Shown here one piece after another: positions 63,189 to 64,000 of a stretch of 64,000 bases of DNA; position 1 is the stretch's first letter; every line of letters begins with the position of its first letter. The notes beneath the pieces were generated by a model. The model had not been told where the DNA came from. It saw nothing but the letters and a program-made list of their open reading frames with translations, and did no database searches. Made by a program: the position numbers and the translations under genes. This stretch comes from Alphaproteobacteria bacterium (GTDB lineage Bacteria; Pseudomonadota; Alphaproteobacteria; MPNO01; UBA830), in contig OZ251539.1 in the NCBI GenBank assembly GCA_965243135.1, positions 5,216,001-5,280,000 of the forward strand, in the 5' to 3' direction.

Positions 63189-64000
63189 ATGAACTCGCCG
63201 GTACTGCCCCGCAATACGGTCAAGCTGATCGAGCAGGTGAGGCTTGCAGAACGGCATCCGGGCCTGCAGCTCGACAAGTTGTCGTCCGCAGGAGACCAGA
63301 AGAAGCAGGGTCAGCTGATCGAGAGAGTCGCGCAATGCACGGGCGACAGCGATCTGTTGTCCGAACTTTTGTCGCGTCGCGGCGAAATGCTGAAGGATCT
63401 CGACGCGCTGCGCTTTCGGGGCCGGACGGTCGGACCTATGACTCTCCATCTCGCTCGATCCGGCGCTCTCGAGAACGCAGGCATCGCGCTGCATCCGGCG
63501 TACGGTTTCGCCTGGTTGCCCGGAACCGGGATCAAGGGCATGACGCGCGCCTGGGCGGAAACGGTCTGGGCGCCCGAACAATCAGATCCGGAAGAGGCGT
63601 GGAGACTGATCGACGCCGCGTTCGGAACCAGCCCGGGGTCGGAACGGAAGAAGAGTTGGCGATCGAGCGAACCGGCCGGCGCCGAGGCTGCGGGGCGGAT
63701 CGTTTTTCACGACGCCTGGCCGATCTCATGGCCACGCCTCGAACGCGACATCGTCAACAACCATCATGCCGCCTATTACCGTGGAGAGGGCGATCCCGGC
63801 GACTGGGAAGCCCCGGTTCCTGTAAATTTCCTCGCTATCGCTTCCGGCTCCGAGTTCGAATTCGCCGTTTCCGACCGCTCGCCCAACGGCGACGATCTGG
63901 CTGAACTGGCCATGAACTGGTTGCGCGCCGCCCTGTGGCATGCGGGGGCCGGCGCCAAGACGGCGGCCGGGTACGGGCGCATCGCGCCGGTCGAGGGCGA
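63189..64000 (+). CDS. cmr6: Cmr6 (partial, runs off the window)
   Basis: Own translation: HPGLQLDK, LENAGIALHPAYGFAWLPGTGIKG, FHDAWP, DIVNNHH, GAGAKTAAGYG. Confidence 0.92.
   Translation, partial: MNSPVLPRNTVKLIEQVRLAERHPGLQLDKLSSAGDQKKQGQLIERVAQCTGDSDLLSELLSRRGEMLKDLDALRFRGRTVGPMTLHLARSGALENAGIALHPAYGFAWLPGTGIKGMTRAWAETVWAPEQSDPEEAWRLIDAAFGTSPGSERKKSWRSSEPAGAEAAGRIVFHDAWPISWPRLERDIVNNHHAAYYRGEGDPGDWEAPVPVNFLAIASGSEFEFAVSDRSPNGDDLAELAMNWLRAALWHAGAGAKTAAGYGRIAPVEG

Overview
High-GC bacterial window, probably alphaproteobacterial (inferred from gene content). 1-5.3 kb: a DDE transposase, decayed DNA including a partial duplicate of a gene junction 4.8 kb downstream, and a surface lipoprotein preceded by about 35 perfect 13-bp repeats. 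5.6-27.5 kb: mostly metabolic genes (SdhA-like flavoprotein and 2Fe-2S protein, Mo-hydroxylase large subunit, carotenoid oxygenase, HMG-CoA lyase, CoA transferase, RlmI-like methyltransferase, panB/panC), plus NYN, AAA and MNT-HEPN genes. 27.6-35.9 kb: an island with four IS66-type ends and DUF4338 (DruA-like) copies. It carries a FitAB/VapBC toxin-antitoxin pair and a lower-GC two-gene module (ParB-like::ABC-ATPase fusion plus a TOPRIM-like protein), and lies just upstream of tRNA-Arg(ACG). 36.8-44.4 kb: ABC transport genes. 44.6-56.9 kb: a complete type II-C CRISPR-Cas9 locus (tracrRNA, cas9, cas1, cas2, 116 repeats and 115 spacers). This is followed directly by cas6 and a divergent type III-B cmr2-3-4-5-6 operon that runs off the window end. 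All family assignments come from motif recognition by eye; no database searches were run.
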